Position numbers and translations under genes: made by a program. Below, one piece after another: positions 1 to 9,325 of a DNA stretch of 64,000 nucleotides. Source of the stretch: a bacterium (GTDB lineage Bacteria; Joyebacterota; Joyebacteria; Joyebacterales; Joyebacteraceae); NCBI GenBank assembly GCA_025774935.1, contig JALGZK010000017.1:3308-67307 (forward strand). Reading direction: 5' to 3'. Within the stretch, counting starts at the first letter, position 1. Every line of letters begins with the position of its first letter. The notes under the pieces are model-generated. The model was given only the letters and a program-made list of their open reading frames with translations, was not told the origin of the DNA and made no database searches.

Positions 1-2
1 GT

Positions 3-3000
3 CTCGCCCTCGCCGGTCGACTGGAGGAAGTCCCCGCTCACGAAGGGCTCCCCGTCGATGGTGACCTGCACCGTCGGCGGGCTCATCTCGACGTGCGTCA
101 TCGGGTCGCCGAGAAGAATGTACGTCCGGTCCTCGGTCGACGACCCCTGTTCCGTTATGACCTTGACGGTCCCCTTCGTGACCACGCCGCCCAGTGACCA
201 CCGGGGCCACGGGTTGTCCTCCGGCGAGCCCTCGGGCGTCGGGTCGAGGAAGAAGGCCTCGAAGACCTTCTCGTTGTAGGTCGCGTTCGGGCCGAGGTAC
301 GCGATGCTTGAGCAGGCGAAGGTGCCGATCGCGCCCTGCCCGCCCGGCCTGAAGAGCATCTGCTCCACGATGCAGTCGACGCTCGTTCCCTCGTGCGAGT
401 CGTAGAACCGCGACAGCTCGCAGGACCATCCGAGGAAGATGAACGGCCTGCCTACGTTGTTGAACCTTGAGATGTCGTTCGTTCCGGTCGTGGCCAGGAT
501 GAGCTGCTCGTGCGTCATCTGGGTCCTGTTCCCGTGGCCTTCGAAGTTCACGATGTTGGTCCCGTTCGAGATCTGGTCGAACATGACGGGCGTGGCGTTG
601 TCGCGCACGTAGTTCGCCGTTTCGAACGCGTAGATGAAGTCGCCGGACGTCGTTTCGCCGTGGAACGGGTCGGTGAACCTGTGAAGAAGGAAGTGCGTCG
701 TGTCGATGCCCGCCGGGTTCGCGTCGACCATCTCGCCCAGTTCGAGGCTCACGGTGGCGAAGCGATCCTCCGAGGTGTAGCGAACGTAGTTCGATCCGAT
801 CGACCGGTACGACCACGAGTCGTCAGCGAGGAAGTAGACGTCGTTCCTCCAGTAGTCGTCGGGCTCATAGTCCTCGTACTCGATGATCTTCTGAACGAGG
901 TTCTCCAGCTGGCTCTGGGGTCCGACCGGGAGCCGGCCGATCATCATCTGCGGGAGGAAGAGCGGTCCGTCGCCGAACGAGATGAACCACTGGTCGCTCG
1001 CCCTCAGCTTGGGTTCGCTCGCGGGCGATCTGATGAAGAGATACGTGGGCAGGTAGTCCGGAGTGCTCGAGTCGAGGGTCTGCTTGGTGTCCTCGTTCGC
1101 ATCACCGACGAGGAGGCACCACTGCGGCTGCCGGTCCCACTCGTCCATGGCGTACTCGAAGAGGTTGCGGATCGCCTCGTGCGAGGGCAGGCCTCCGTTG
1201 AACTCGTCGTAGACCTCCTGGAGCTTCGCGTGCGTCACCACGTGCCCCTGGGACTCACGGAACGCTACGAGAGGCTCCACCCCGTTGTGGTGGCCGTCGT
1301 ACGAGACGACGATGAGGTCGGCCTCCCTCGAGAAGAGGTTGGCGGGCTCGCGCCTCTCGATGTAGATCACCTCGAGCGCGCCGCCCGTCTCGACCGCCTC
1401 GTATCGGGCGAACCCCGAGACGTCCGTCTGGAAGACCAGCCGGTATCCGCCGCCTTGGGGCTCGACGTTCACGGCGTCAAGGGCGAACTCGAGCGGACTC
1501 CACGGATCGGTCACGTCGAAGAGACGTATAGCGTCGTCGTCGAATCCCCCGACTTCGAACTGGCTCAGGCCGGTCTCTCCCCCGCTCGTGCAGGCGAGGC
1601 GACCGTCGACCGTCCGGTAGCTGCGCAGGTAGTCGAACTCGAACCAGTCCAGGTTCGCGCCCGACCAGCCACCCGGGCCGTCCGAGCCCTCCGCGACGAG
1701 CGAGTTCGCGCCGTCGGTGAAGTAGGACGCCGGGATCGGGGACGTCGGGTTCGCGTAGACGTCCTCGTCCATCGAGTAGGAGATGCCGCTGAACTGGAAG
1801 TCGTCGACGTAGTTCGTGGTTCCCGTCCCGTCCTTGATCGAGAAGTCGACGCGGTGGGAGCCGGTCGTGATGCCCTGGTAGCGAGCCCTCAGATAGACCC
1901 CTCCGGACGGGTCGATGTCGTGGATCGAGAACGGCAGCTGGTACTCGTCGTCTTCGTCCCCGTAGAACGTCCAGTGATAGTAGTCGACCTCGTCGTTCGG
2001 GGGGGTCGAGTCGTAGTAGACGTCCTCCTCGAACCTGAGGGTGTCCCGGAAGCTCGCAGGCGGCACGAGGCCGGGCTCGTCGAGCCAGCCCGGCGTCGTC
2101 TCCATCCTGGTCGCGACCCCTTCGCCCCACCCGAACCAGTACACGTTCTCCGTCGTGTAGCGGTCTTCGTAGCCTTCGACCATGACGCCGTCGGCGAAGC
2201 TCAGCGCGTAGAAGTAGAGGTAGTCCGACCCGTCGAAGAGGTCGTTCTCGTTCTCGTCGACCACGACGATCGCCGTCGGTGTCTCGACGAACGGATCGAG
2301 CTCGGCAGGCTCGTACGTCCTTCGGTAGACGCCGATCTCGTCGACCGAGCGCGTGCCGTCGAGGCCCTCGGCCGCGAGGTCCGCGAAGCTCACGCGATAG
2401 AGCCCCGTCTCGCCGATCCAGAGCCGGTAGGCTTCCTCGTCGTCCCGCAGTTCGATCCTCATGTGGGCGCGGCGGGGCTCCGGACGGGCGCGCCACCGCT
2501 TCGCCTGGTCGTAGTTCAGGATCGTGCCGGAGTAGATGCCCTCCCACGCGGGTTCGTGCCGGACCTGGGGGATCATCTCACGCTCGAGCCCGCGAGGGCG
2601 GCCCCGCCAGCGGTCCGCCGCGCGGATCCTCACCCTAACGACGATCCTCGAGTGGAGCGCGAGCTGCCCGGTGCGCGGCGAGTAGTGGAACGGGCTCAGG
2701 AGGACCTGGACGACGCGCTGGTGCCGGAACGTCGACTGCGCACCGAGCTCTGCGGCGGCCGCCGGGTACGAGCCCCCGCGCGCGTAGAACTCCTCGTTCG
2801 GGAGGTACTCCTCGGTCGCGATCGAGAACTCCTCGTCGGAGACGATGCCCTCGACCGGGGCGGGCTCGATGCGATACGGGCCGAGGGCCTCGGTCTCGAG
2901 GGAGACGACCTCGAGGGAGAGCTCCGCCCCGAACGGGACGCCCAGAAGAACGCCCTTCCTCGGGAGCTTCGGGAGGCCGGGCTCCGTCGTCGAGCCGTAC

Positions 3001-3188
3001 AGCGGGACGCGGACCCGGTAATAGGACTCGCCACCGTGCACGACCTCCTCGAGCGAGTAGTCGTCGGTGGCGAGTTCTACGAGTATCTCGTCGTCTGACG
3101 TTTCGAGGACCCGCGGGCCGTTCGCCGCGAGCGCCGGCGCACAGAGCAGGAGCGCGATGACCGCCGCGGACAGACACTTCTGGAGCAT
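3..3188 (-). CDS. C25 family (gingipain/PorU-like) cysteine peptidase, secreted; 3' end runs off the window
   Basis: Read manually; it is not in the ORF track because no stop lies inside the window. ATG at 3188 after GGAGG; signal peptide MLQKCLSAAVIALLLCAPALA; propeptide-like GLPKLPRKGVLLGVP; C25 motifs LLVGDA, MMIGRLP, NFEGHG (catalytic His), GWSCE (catalytic Cys), YILLGDP. Confidence 0.9.
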   Translation of the reverse strand, partial: MLQKCLSAAVIALLLCAPALAANGPRVLETSDDEILVELATDDYSLEEVVHGGESYYRVRVPLYGSTTEPGLPKLPRKGVLLGVPFGAELSLEVVSLETEALGPYRIEPAPVEGIVSDEEFSIATEEYLPNEEFYARGGSYPAAAAELGAQSTFRHQRVVQVLLSPFHYSPRTGQLALHSRIVVRVRIRAADRWRGRPRGLEREMIPQVRHEPAWEGIYSGTILNYDQAKRWRARPEPRRAHMRIELRDDEEAYRLWIGETGLYRVSFADLAAEGLDGTRSVDEIGVYRRTYEPAELDPFVETPTAIVVVDENENDLFDGSDYLYFYALSFADGVMVEGYEDRYTTENVYWFGWGEGVATRMETTPGWLDEPGLVPPASFRDTLRFEEDVYYDSTPPNDEVDYYHWTFYGDEDDEYQLPFSIHDIDPSGGVYLRARYQGITTGSHRVDFSIKDGTGTTNYVDDFQFSGISYSMDEDVYANPTSPIPASYFTDGANSLVAEGSDGPGGWSGANLDWFEFDYLRSYRTVDGRLACTSGGETGLSQFEVGGFDDDAIRLFDVTDPWSPLEFALDAVNVEPQGGGYRLVFQTDVSGFARYEAVETGGALEVIYIERREPANLFSREADLIVVSYDGHHNGVEPLVAFRESQGHVVTHAKLQEVYDEFNGGLPSHEAIRNLFEYAMDEWDRQPQWCLLVGDANEDTKQTLDSSTPDYLPTYLFIRSPASEPKLRASDQWFISFGDGPLFLPQMMIGRLPVGPQSQLENLVQKIIEYEDYEPDDYWRNDVYFLADDSWSYRSIGSNYVRYTSEDRFATVSLELGEMVDANPAGIDTTHFLLHRFTDPFHGETTSGDFIYAFETANYVRDNATPVMFDQISNGTNIVNFEGHGNRTQMTHEQLILATTGTNDISRFNNVGRPFIFLGWSCELSRFYDSHEGTSVDCIVEQMLFRPGGQGAIGTFACSSIAYLGPNATYNEKVFEAFFLDPTPEGSPEDNPWPRWSLGGVVTKGTVKVITEQGSSTEDRTYILLGDPMTHVEMSPPTVQVTIDGEPFVSGDFLQSTGEGE

Positions 3189-3302
3189 GCTCAGAACCCT
3201 CTCCCCTCCACCCCCGGCGAACCGTCAGCTCACGGCGCGTCGTCGTTCACGTTGGGTTCCAGCTGCCCTGCCGGCGAAGGCACTCAAGGGTACGGAGGCT
3301 AC

Positions 3303-4664
3303 CTAGTGCGCCACCCTCGGCGCGTACGTGGCGTAGTCGAACTCCGGGCTGTTCTCCTTGTCGTGACAGGCACTGCAGGTCGCAGCCGTCACGACGCCGT
3401 AGGATCCGTCGCGCGCGTGGTCGGTGCCGATCCCGTGACACGCCTCACACTGGACGCTGCGGAGGATCGTCGGCACGCCGACTGATCCATCCTGCGGGAG
3501 GTCGAGGTGGCACGTCACGTGGCAGCGGAGACACTCCGGATTCGTCGATTGGTGCGCTTCCTCCAAGGTCGCGAACGCGTTCGCGTGCGCGGTCTCCATC
3601 CACTGATCGTACTGCGGCAGGTGGCACCGCTTGCAGGAGTCGTTGACACCGACGCAGACCTCCACGTACGCCTGCCTCGCCTGCGCCTTCGCCTCCCTCT
3701 CCCTCGCCCTCGCTGCTGCCCGCTCCTTGCTCAGCTCCTCGACCGCGACCTTGTGCTCCTTGAGCGCGAGCGCCATGACCGCGTCCGACGGGACCGTGTC
3801 GATGAGGGCGACGGCCTTGCCCGTGTAGCCTTCGTAGACGCCGTCGGCGTCGAAGCTCAAGCGGAAGTCCGACATGTACTGACCCTTGTATCCGGGCTGC
3901 ACGAAGACGGCCCCGCTCACCTCGTAGGGATCCGCCGAGAACGCGCTGTGGTTCCCCACGACGACGAAGTCGATCCCGCCGATCTGCCCGGCGATGTCCT
4001 TCGCCCTGGCGAGGCCCGTGTGGCTCAGGAGGATCACGAGATCCGCCTTCGTCCTGAGCTCGGGCACGAGCTCATTGAGAACAGCGTAGGGATCCGCAAT
4101 GGTGACCCCGGACGATTCGACCTCGCGGTGGGTCCTGAGATCGATTGAGGGATCCAGGACCCCCACGACCGCGAGCGTCACCCCCGCCCGTTCCACGATC
4201 ACATAGGGTTCGACGACGAGTTCCCCGGTTGATTCATCGAGGACGTTCGCCGAGACGATGGGCACGCCGCTCTCGTCGAATCGAGCGTGGAAGTAGTCGA
4301 GACCCATGTATAGGTCGTAGGCCCCGATTGTCGTCGCCGCGTATCCGATCTCCGCCATGCCCCTCAGGTTCATCGCGTCGACCATCTCGCGGGCGAACTC
4401 GCGTCGGGTCAGGGAGCTTCCGCCGTCGACGATGAGTTGGAGAGGTACGTTCTGTTCAAGCTGGTTGATGTAGCCGGCCCTCCGGACCAGCCCGCCTTTC
4501 TGGCCCCCGTGTCAGCCACAGGGCTCGAGTTCTCCCCGCGTGTCGGTGGTCACGAGGAGCGCAATCTCGAAGGGACCTTCCGGCCGTTCCACGCGCTCGG
4601 TCGTAGCGCAGCCGGCCGCGACGAGGACCGCCAGCACCACGATGAGTCCCCAACGGTTGACCAA
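3303..4664 (-). CDS. Probable selenoprotein lipoprotein: UshA-like (5'-nucleotidase-fold) domain with CGU motif plus C-terminal tetraheme cytochrome c (c554-like) domain
   Basis: The frame of track ORF 3303..4385 extends upstream through a single TGA (4514-4512) in TDTRGELEPCG*HGGQKGGLVRR to a TTG at 4664 (GGAGG 8 nt upstream; alternative GTG at 4673). Lipobox LVAAG-C; four CxxCH motifs (CKRCH, CLRCH, CEACH, CSACH). Confidence 0.85.
4473..4491 (-). promoter_or_regulatory. Candidate bacterial SECIS hairpin
   Basis: GCUGGUCC-GGA-GGGCCGGC stem-loop; G-containing loop about 29 nt downstream of the in-frame UGA. Folded by eye. Confidence 0.5.
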
Positions 4665-4732
4665 GGCCTTCACCTCCCTCGATTCCGCAACTTCGTAAGC
4701 TGCATGTGGTTAGACACGTGTGCTACGTGAAC

Positions 4733-4761
4733 ATAATAACACGCACCTGAAAGGGGCGCAA
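4733..4761 (-). promoter_or_regulatory. Sigma70-type promoter for the selenoprotein gene
   Basis: TTGCGC-17 nt-TATTAT with extended -10 TG. Confidence 0.5.
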
Positions 4762-4891
4762 GGTGCATCAAACGGGCCGGATACGGGGACGGAACGCACG
4801 AAACCGATGTCGGCGGAACCGGGAGCAGGCGCCGGGCCGACATGACGGGACCGCCCGTTCCGGGGAGGGCGCCGCCTTGGGCACAGCACAC

Positions 4892-4925
4892 AAAGAAAAA
4901 CGGGTGGCGCGCAATGCGCCACCCG
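4892..4925 (-). terminator. Intrinsic terminator after secreted paralogue A
   Basis: CGGGTGGCGC/GCGCCACCCG 10-bp stem followed by TTTTTCTTT on the minus strand. Confidence 0.8.
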
Positions 4926-4945
4926 CTCTCTGGAATGTACTCGTG

Positions 4946-5551
4946 CTACCGGTACAGGCTCTTGATCGAGCCCCACGTGGCATCCTCGACCGGCACCGGC
5001 GGGACGCAGTCGCCGTCCAGCGGGGGCATGCAGAGGCCGAAGTTACCGGCGTGGCCGTGCGAGTCGATCGACGCGACGCACCACTCGTCGAGCAGGTTCT
5101 GGCAGTCCGCGCCGACGGGGCCGTCAACGTCGTGCGCCAGAATCGTGATCGTGCCGGGCGTACCGAGGTACAGGTACGTGACCACCGCAGCGACCAGGAC
5201 GCCGTTGGCATCCGGGAACTGGCAGTTGGCGCCAGCCGTGATCGCCCAGCCGGGGGCGACTTCGACATCGCCGAAGTCCAGGCCACCGAGCAGGTTCGTC
5301 TGGGCGAGCTTGAAGCCGCCGAACGTACGGTCGAACTTGAAGGCAGCGCCGAGCATGCCGCCACCAACGCCGAACTGGTCGAAGCAGACGTAGACGTCGA
5401 CGGTCGCGTTCGGGGCCGGACAGACTTCGTTCACGACGTCGTTGCCGGTGTCCATGTCGGCGTCGAGGAAGATCGCCAGGTTCGGGTTATCATCGGCGAA
5501 AGCCGTCGCCGCGAAAGCCAGAACCATCACAACAATCATGAGCCTCTTCAC
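4946..5551 (-). CDS. Secreted protein, paralogue A, with C-terminal PVEDATWGSIKSLYR tail
   Basis: GTG at 5551 with GGAGG 9 nt upstream; signal peptide ending AFA; core FDRTFGGFKLAQTNLLGGLDFGDVE shared with neighbouring genes. Confidence 0.85.
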   Translation of the reverse strand: MKRLMIVVMVLAFAATAFADDNPNLAIFLDADMDTGNDVVNEVCPAPNATVDVYVCFDQFGVGGGMLGAAFKFDRTFGGFKLAQTNLLGGLDFGDVEVAPGWAITAGANCQFPDANGVLVAAVVTYLYLGTPGTITILAHDVDGPVGADCQNLLDEWCVASIDSHGHAGNFGLCMPPLDGDCVPPVPVEDATWGSIKSLYR

Positions 5552-5710
5552 GATCTCAAACCTCCGTGCTGAAGGAACAGCCGAAACCACACCAATCGTC
5601 AAGCTGCAAGGTCGTCGATCACCTCCTCCTGCTCATCTACATGACAGAGTGTCTCTCGGATGCCAGACGCTCCGAGCGTCAACGCTCCTCACACTTTCGC
5701 ACCTGACCTT

Positions 5711-5737
5711 AGTATAGCACAAGACCTTGGGTTTTGG
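5711..5737 (-). promoter_or_regulatory. Extended -10 promoter for paralogue A
   Basis: TGcTATACT; weak -35 (TTCCAA-like). Confidence 0.45.
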
Positions 5738-5869
5738 AAGAGTTTTTTGTGGCGCTTGGGCGCTCTGCACAGAAGAGACACGAGCGACTCACTGTGAGGC
5801 GTCAGACGGGACGTGGCACGGGTTCCAGGGAGCGTCCGCGATATTGGATGAATACAGGTAACTAGAACT

Positions 5870-5905
5870 GAAGAGGGGGCGGAGCCCGTCAGGCTCCTCC
5901 CCCTC
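5870..5905 (-). terminator. Terminator-like hairpin after paralogue B
   Basis: GAGGGGG-N-GGAGCC/GGCTCC-N-CCCCCTC stem with a short U-rich tail. Confidence 0.55.
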
Positions 5906-5928
5906 CGCAACGCTCTCGTGATTCAGAC

Positions 5929-6534
5929 CTACCTGTAGAGGGCCTTGATCGTCCCCCAACTCCGGTCCTCGACCGGCACCGCGGGCACGCAGTCGCCGTC
6001 CGGAGGAGGCATGCAGACGCCGAAGTTGCCGGCGAATCCGTGCGAGTCGAGCGACGCGATGCACCAGTCATCCAGGAGGTTGTCGCAGTCCGCGCCGACG
6101 TGACCGTCGACGTCGTGCGCCAGGATCTGGACGATGCCGGGCGTGCCGAGATACAGGTACTGAACCGAGGCAGCCACCACGACGCCGTTGGCATCCGGGA
6201 ACTGGCAGTTGGCGCCGGCCGTGATCGCCCAACCGGGGGCGACTTCGACGTCGCCGAAGTCCAGACCGCCGAGGAGGTTCGTCTGGGCGAGCTTGAAGCC
6301 GGCGAACGTACGGTCGAACTTGAAGGCGGCGCCGAGCATCCCGCCGCCGCCACCGAACTGGTCGAAGCAGACGTAGACCATGATCGTCTCGTTCGGGTTC
6401 GGACAGACCTCGTTCACGACGTCGTTGCCCGTGTCCATGTCGGCATCGAGGAAAATCGCCAACTGCGGGTTCTGATCGGCGAGCGCCGTCACCGCCAGCA
6501 GCAATACGAGCAGAACTGTGACCAGCTGTCTCAC
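5929..6534 (-). CDS. Secreted protein, paralogue B, with PVEDRSWGTIKALYR tail
   Basis: GTG at 6534 with GGAGG upstream; signal peptide; same length (606 nt) as paralogue A and nearly identical core. Confidence 0.85.
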   Translation of the reverse strand: MRQLVTVLLVLLLAVTALADQNPQLAIFLDADMDTGNDVVNEVCPNPNETIMVYVCFDQFGGGGGMLGAAFKFDRTFAGFKLAQTNLLGGLDFGDVEVAPGWAITAGANCQFPDANGVVVAASVQYLYLGTPGIVQILAHDVDGHVGADCDNLLDDWCIASLDSHGFAGNFGVCMPPPDGDCVPAVPVEDRSWGTIKALYR

Positions 6535-6727
6535 GCTCACACTCCTCCCTTCTCGCTCCCTCGCCTGGTTACCTCGCCACCCATCGGGGACCCGGCATCC
6601 CGCAATCACCACCGCCGTTGCCGCGGTGCCTCACGTTCGCCGGGCCCTGAGATGGCGAAGGGGGCGGCGCCGACTGCGCTCCGCCCCCATTGCCACAACG
6701 TATTCACTACCCGGTATTAGCAGTAGC

Positions 6728-7345
6728 TTACCGGTACAGAGACTTGATGGCACCCCAGGTCGCGTCCTCGACCGGGCTGATCGGCTCGCAGTCGCCCGAG
6801 GGCGGAGCCATGCAGACGCCGAAGTGGCCGTCAAACTGGTGCGAGACCGTCGACGGGACGCACCACGTGTCGAGGAGGTTGTCGCAGTCGGAGCCGACAG
6901 GACCGTCGACCGGGTGCGCGAGGATCGTGATGGTGCCGGGCACGCCGAGGTACAGGTACGACACCGACGCGGCAATCACGATGCCGGTGGCGTCCGGGAA
7001 CACGCAGTTCGCGCCGGCCGTGATGGCCCAGCCACCAGCCTCGACATCACCAAAGTCGAGTCCGCCGAGCAGGTTCGTCTGGGCGAGCTTGAACCCACCG
7101 AACGTGCGCTCGAACATGAAGGCAGCGCCGAGCATGCCGCCGCCAACTCCGTCGCCAGCCGGTCCGAACCTGTCAAAGCAGACGTAGACGTCAAACGCCG
7201 CGTTCGGAGGCGGGCAGATCTGCGTCACGGGCGCCGTACCCGTATCGTTGTCGGAGTCGAGGAAGATCGCGAGGTACGGGTTCTGGTCTGCGAGCGCCGG
7301 GAGGGCGAACGCGAGCACCAGGAGAACAATCAGCAACTTCTTCAT
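6728..7345 (-). CDS. Secreted protein, paralogue C, with PVEDATWGAIKSLYR tail
   Basis: ATG at 7345 (MKKLLIVLLVLAFALPALA) with GGAGG; same conserved core as A and B. Confidence 0.88.
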   Translation of the reverse strand: MKKLLIVLLVLAFALPALADQNPYLAIFLDSDNDTGTAPVTQICPPPNAAFDVYVCFDRFGPAGDGVGGGMLGAAFMFERTFGGFKLAQTNLLGGLDFGDVEAGGWAITAGANCVFPDATGIVIAASVSYLYLGVPGTITILAHPVDGPVGSDCDNLLDTWCVPSTVSHQFDGHFGVCMAPPSGDCEPISPVEDATWGAIKSLYR

Positions 7346-7543
7346 CGTAGTCCCTCCGTTTCGCACGGAACGGTCATCTTCTCAAGCAGCTCCACAAGTG
7401 GTAAGTAGATGCTCTGGCATCACCTCCCCCAGTGGACGTCGGACAAATTCGTTCCATCAAAAGCCTGAGTCGGGAAATAGAACGAAAGCGCCGTACACCC
7501 TCAACGCCACACACCCACGTCCGTGCAACCGGCCAGAACCTCG

Positions 7544-8116
7544 CTACGGAGCTGCGTGTCCGTAGTGAGCCGAGAACAGGATGAAGTCCTGCAGGCCGAT
7601 CGCACCGCCGCTCCAGTTGTAGTCGCTGCGGCCGACAACGAGGCCATAATCACCCGAGAACTCGATGAAGTCCTGGAGGTTCAGCCAGTTGTTGACATCC
7701 ACGAACAGATCGAACGTCTTGCAGTCCAGGTCGTCACTGTCGTTCAGAACGACCGTATAGATCTGCGCGCCGATCGTGACACCGGGCGTGGCAATGCTCT
7801 CGTCACCAACGACCGTGAAGCGGATCTCGCCATTAGCGTCGGTCTCCGCGTCCACGTTCGCAAACGTGACGTCGCCACCGGTCACCGTGAAGAAGAAGCT
7901 GTTGTACGGAATCCCCTCGATCGGGGTCGTGTCAGCCCTCTTCGCGGTAACAGTGATGTACTCGAAGGCCGGGCCATCGCCAGCAGGGCACGTCGTCATA
8001 CCGAGATCAGGACCGAGATCGCAAGTCGAGAGATCGGGGTCCGGGATTCCGGCGTTAGCGACGCCCGCCGCGAGGACCAGCAGTCCTGCGAGCACACCGG
8101 CAAGCGTTCTTGACAT
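7544..8116 (-). CDS. Secreted protein with Ig-like middle region and C-terminal dockerin/EF-hand-like duplicated motif
   Basis: Signal peptide ending ANA; two repeats DVNNWLNLQDFIEFSGDYG and DYNWSGGAIGLQDFILFSAHYG; AGGAGG RBS. Confidence 0.75.
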   Translation of the reverse strand: MSRTLAGVLAGLLVLAAGVANAGIPDPDLSTCDLGPDLGMTTCPAGDGPAFEYITVTAKRADTTPIEGIPYNSFFFTVTGGDVTFANVDAETDANGEIRFTVVGDESIATPGVTIGAQIYTVVLNDSDDLDCKTFDLFVDVNNWLNLQDFIEFSGDYGLVVGRSDYNWSGGAIGLQDFILFSAHYGHAAP

Positions 8117-8282
8117 TTTCCTACCTCCTTACAGACAACTCAGACGCTCTGGGATCGCGCTGATGCCCGCGGGTCCACGAGAGACCCGTCAGGAACATAC
8201 TCTGCTGCGTCGGACCTCCTTTCCATGTTAGATGTCCGGTCGCTTTGTGGTGTCCTCTGTCTCAAGGCCACCTTCACGGAGC

Positions 8283-8312
8283 ATTATAGCACAGCTTCCC
8301 TGTGTTTTGCAA
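8283..8312 (-). promoter_or_regulatory. Near-consensus sigma70 promoter (proximal) for the 8116 gene
   Basis: TTGCAA-18 nt-TATAAT with extended -10 TG. Confidence 0.65.
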
Positions 8313-8502
8313 GGGGAATCCGACACCACAAAACCCGCAACCGCCTGACAGCCGGGGCTTTGAGGCCTCATGTGAGTGGTTCCCCCCTGGTGGTCTGCAA
8401 GAACTGAGCCCGTGGGTCTATTCGTTGCTCAAAGTGGCAAAAACGGGCTCGCCCGCTGGTATCGGTGGGGGGGCGAGCCCGAATTCGACACCTCACAAAG
8501 GT

Positions 8503-8531
8503 ATTATACGATACCCCGCCCGGCCGCGCAA
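8503..8531 (-). promoter_or_regulatory. Second (distal) sigma70 promoter upstream of the 8116 gene
   Basis: TTGCGC-17 nt-TATAAT. Confidence 0.55.
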
Positions 8532-8597
8532 GAGAAATCCGATGACGATTTCGTGCGACAGGTGACGCACATGGCGTCCGCGGAACTACGTCCGGTC

Positions 8598-9155
8598 CTA
8601 CCTATACAGACCCTTGATCCCGCTCCAGGTTGAAGCCTCGACCGGGCTCGAGGGCGCGTCGGTGCCCACGCCGAAGTTACTGAAGACGGTGGCCGTGTCG
8701 AGCAGGTTGTCGCAGTCGGAGATCACGAGCCCGTCGACGGGATGCTCCACGATCGTGATGGTGCCGGGCGTCCCCAGGTACAGGTACTGCACAGTCGCTA
8801 GCATCAGGTATCCGTTGGCATCCGGGAACTGGCACTCGGCCCCGGCCGTGATCGCCCAGCCGCCGGCCTCAACGTCGCCGAAGTCCAGGCCCGGAAGGAG
8901 ATTCGTCTGGGCCAGCTTGAACCCGCCGAACGTACGCTCGAACAGGAACGCTGCGCCGAGCGCTCCCCCGCCCGGTCCGAAGTTCTTCGCGACGACGTAC
9001 ACGTCGATCGTTCCGTTCGGAGCCGGATCGAGCCTGTTGTTCTCAGGCGGCGGCGGGTTGTTCGAGTCGCACCCGATCATGATGTTCGGGTTCTCGTCCG
9101 CCATCGCCGCGGTCGCGATGAACGCGACCAGCACTGCAGCCACCATGAACCTCAT
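8598..9155 (-). CDS. Secreted protein, paralogue E, with PVEASTWSGIKGLYR tail
   Basis: Signal peptide ending AMA; core FERTFGGFKLAQTNLL...YLYLGTPGTITI shared with A-C. Confidence 0.88.
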   Translation of the reverse strand: MRFMVAAVLVAFIATAAMADENPNIMIGCDSNNPPPPENNRLDPAPNGTIDVYVVAKNFGPGGGALGAAFLFERTFGGFKLAQTNLLPGLDFGDVEAGGWAITAGAECQFPDANGYLMLATVQYLYLGTPGTITIVEHPVDGLVISDCDNLLDTATVFSNFGVGTDAPSSPVEASTWSGIKGLYR

Positions 9156-9325
9156 TGTGTTCCCCTCCCTCCAACGAGGTTGTGATCATCAACTCATCGC
9201 ATTCGAGTGCTCTACAAACATCGCAGATGGTCGGTTCGTTCCTCACCTCCTTGGCCCCAACCACTTCCCGTTCGTTCTCTCTCGCTCTATAGGACGTGAC
9301 AGTCCGGTCGACCTTCAAGCGTCTT

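Larger units (their letters stand above)
5190..6460. repeat. Near-identical duplicated core of paralogues A (~5190-5470) and B (~6180-6460)
   Basis: Long shared nucleotide runs such as GCCGTTGGCATCCGGGAACTGGCAGTTGGCGCC and AGGTTCGTCTGGGCGAGCTTGAAGCCG; differences mostly at third codon positions. Confidence 0.85.

Noticed and set aside
510..3098. 862-aa plus-strand ORF and other long plus-strand ORFs (e.g. 13059..16436, 36663..39344, 55696..58077)
   Set aside because: Antisense shadows of well-supported minus-strand genes in GC-rich DNA; Arg/Val-rich with no recognisable motifs.
3303..4664. Pseudogene call for the TGA-interrupted gene
   Set aside because: The single TGA falls in a CxU context with a downstream hairpin, and both flanks are intact and in frame; recoding is the simpler explanation, though not proven.
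5190..6460. Possible diversity-generating retroelement TR/VR pair or CRISPR-like repeats
   Set aside because: Both copies are intact genes, differences are mostly synonymous and not adenine-specific, there is no reverse transcriptase or cas gene, and no short spaced repeats were seen.
8460..8495. Possible attR remnant of tRNA-Val (GGTGGGGGGGCGAGCCCGAATTCGAC)
   Set aside because: Similarity to the tRNA 3' end is too weak and no integrase is nearby.
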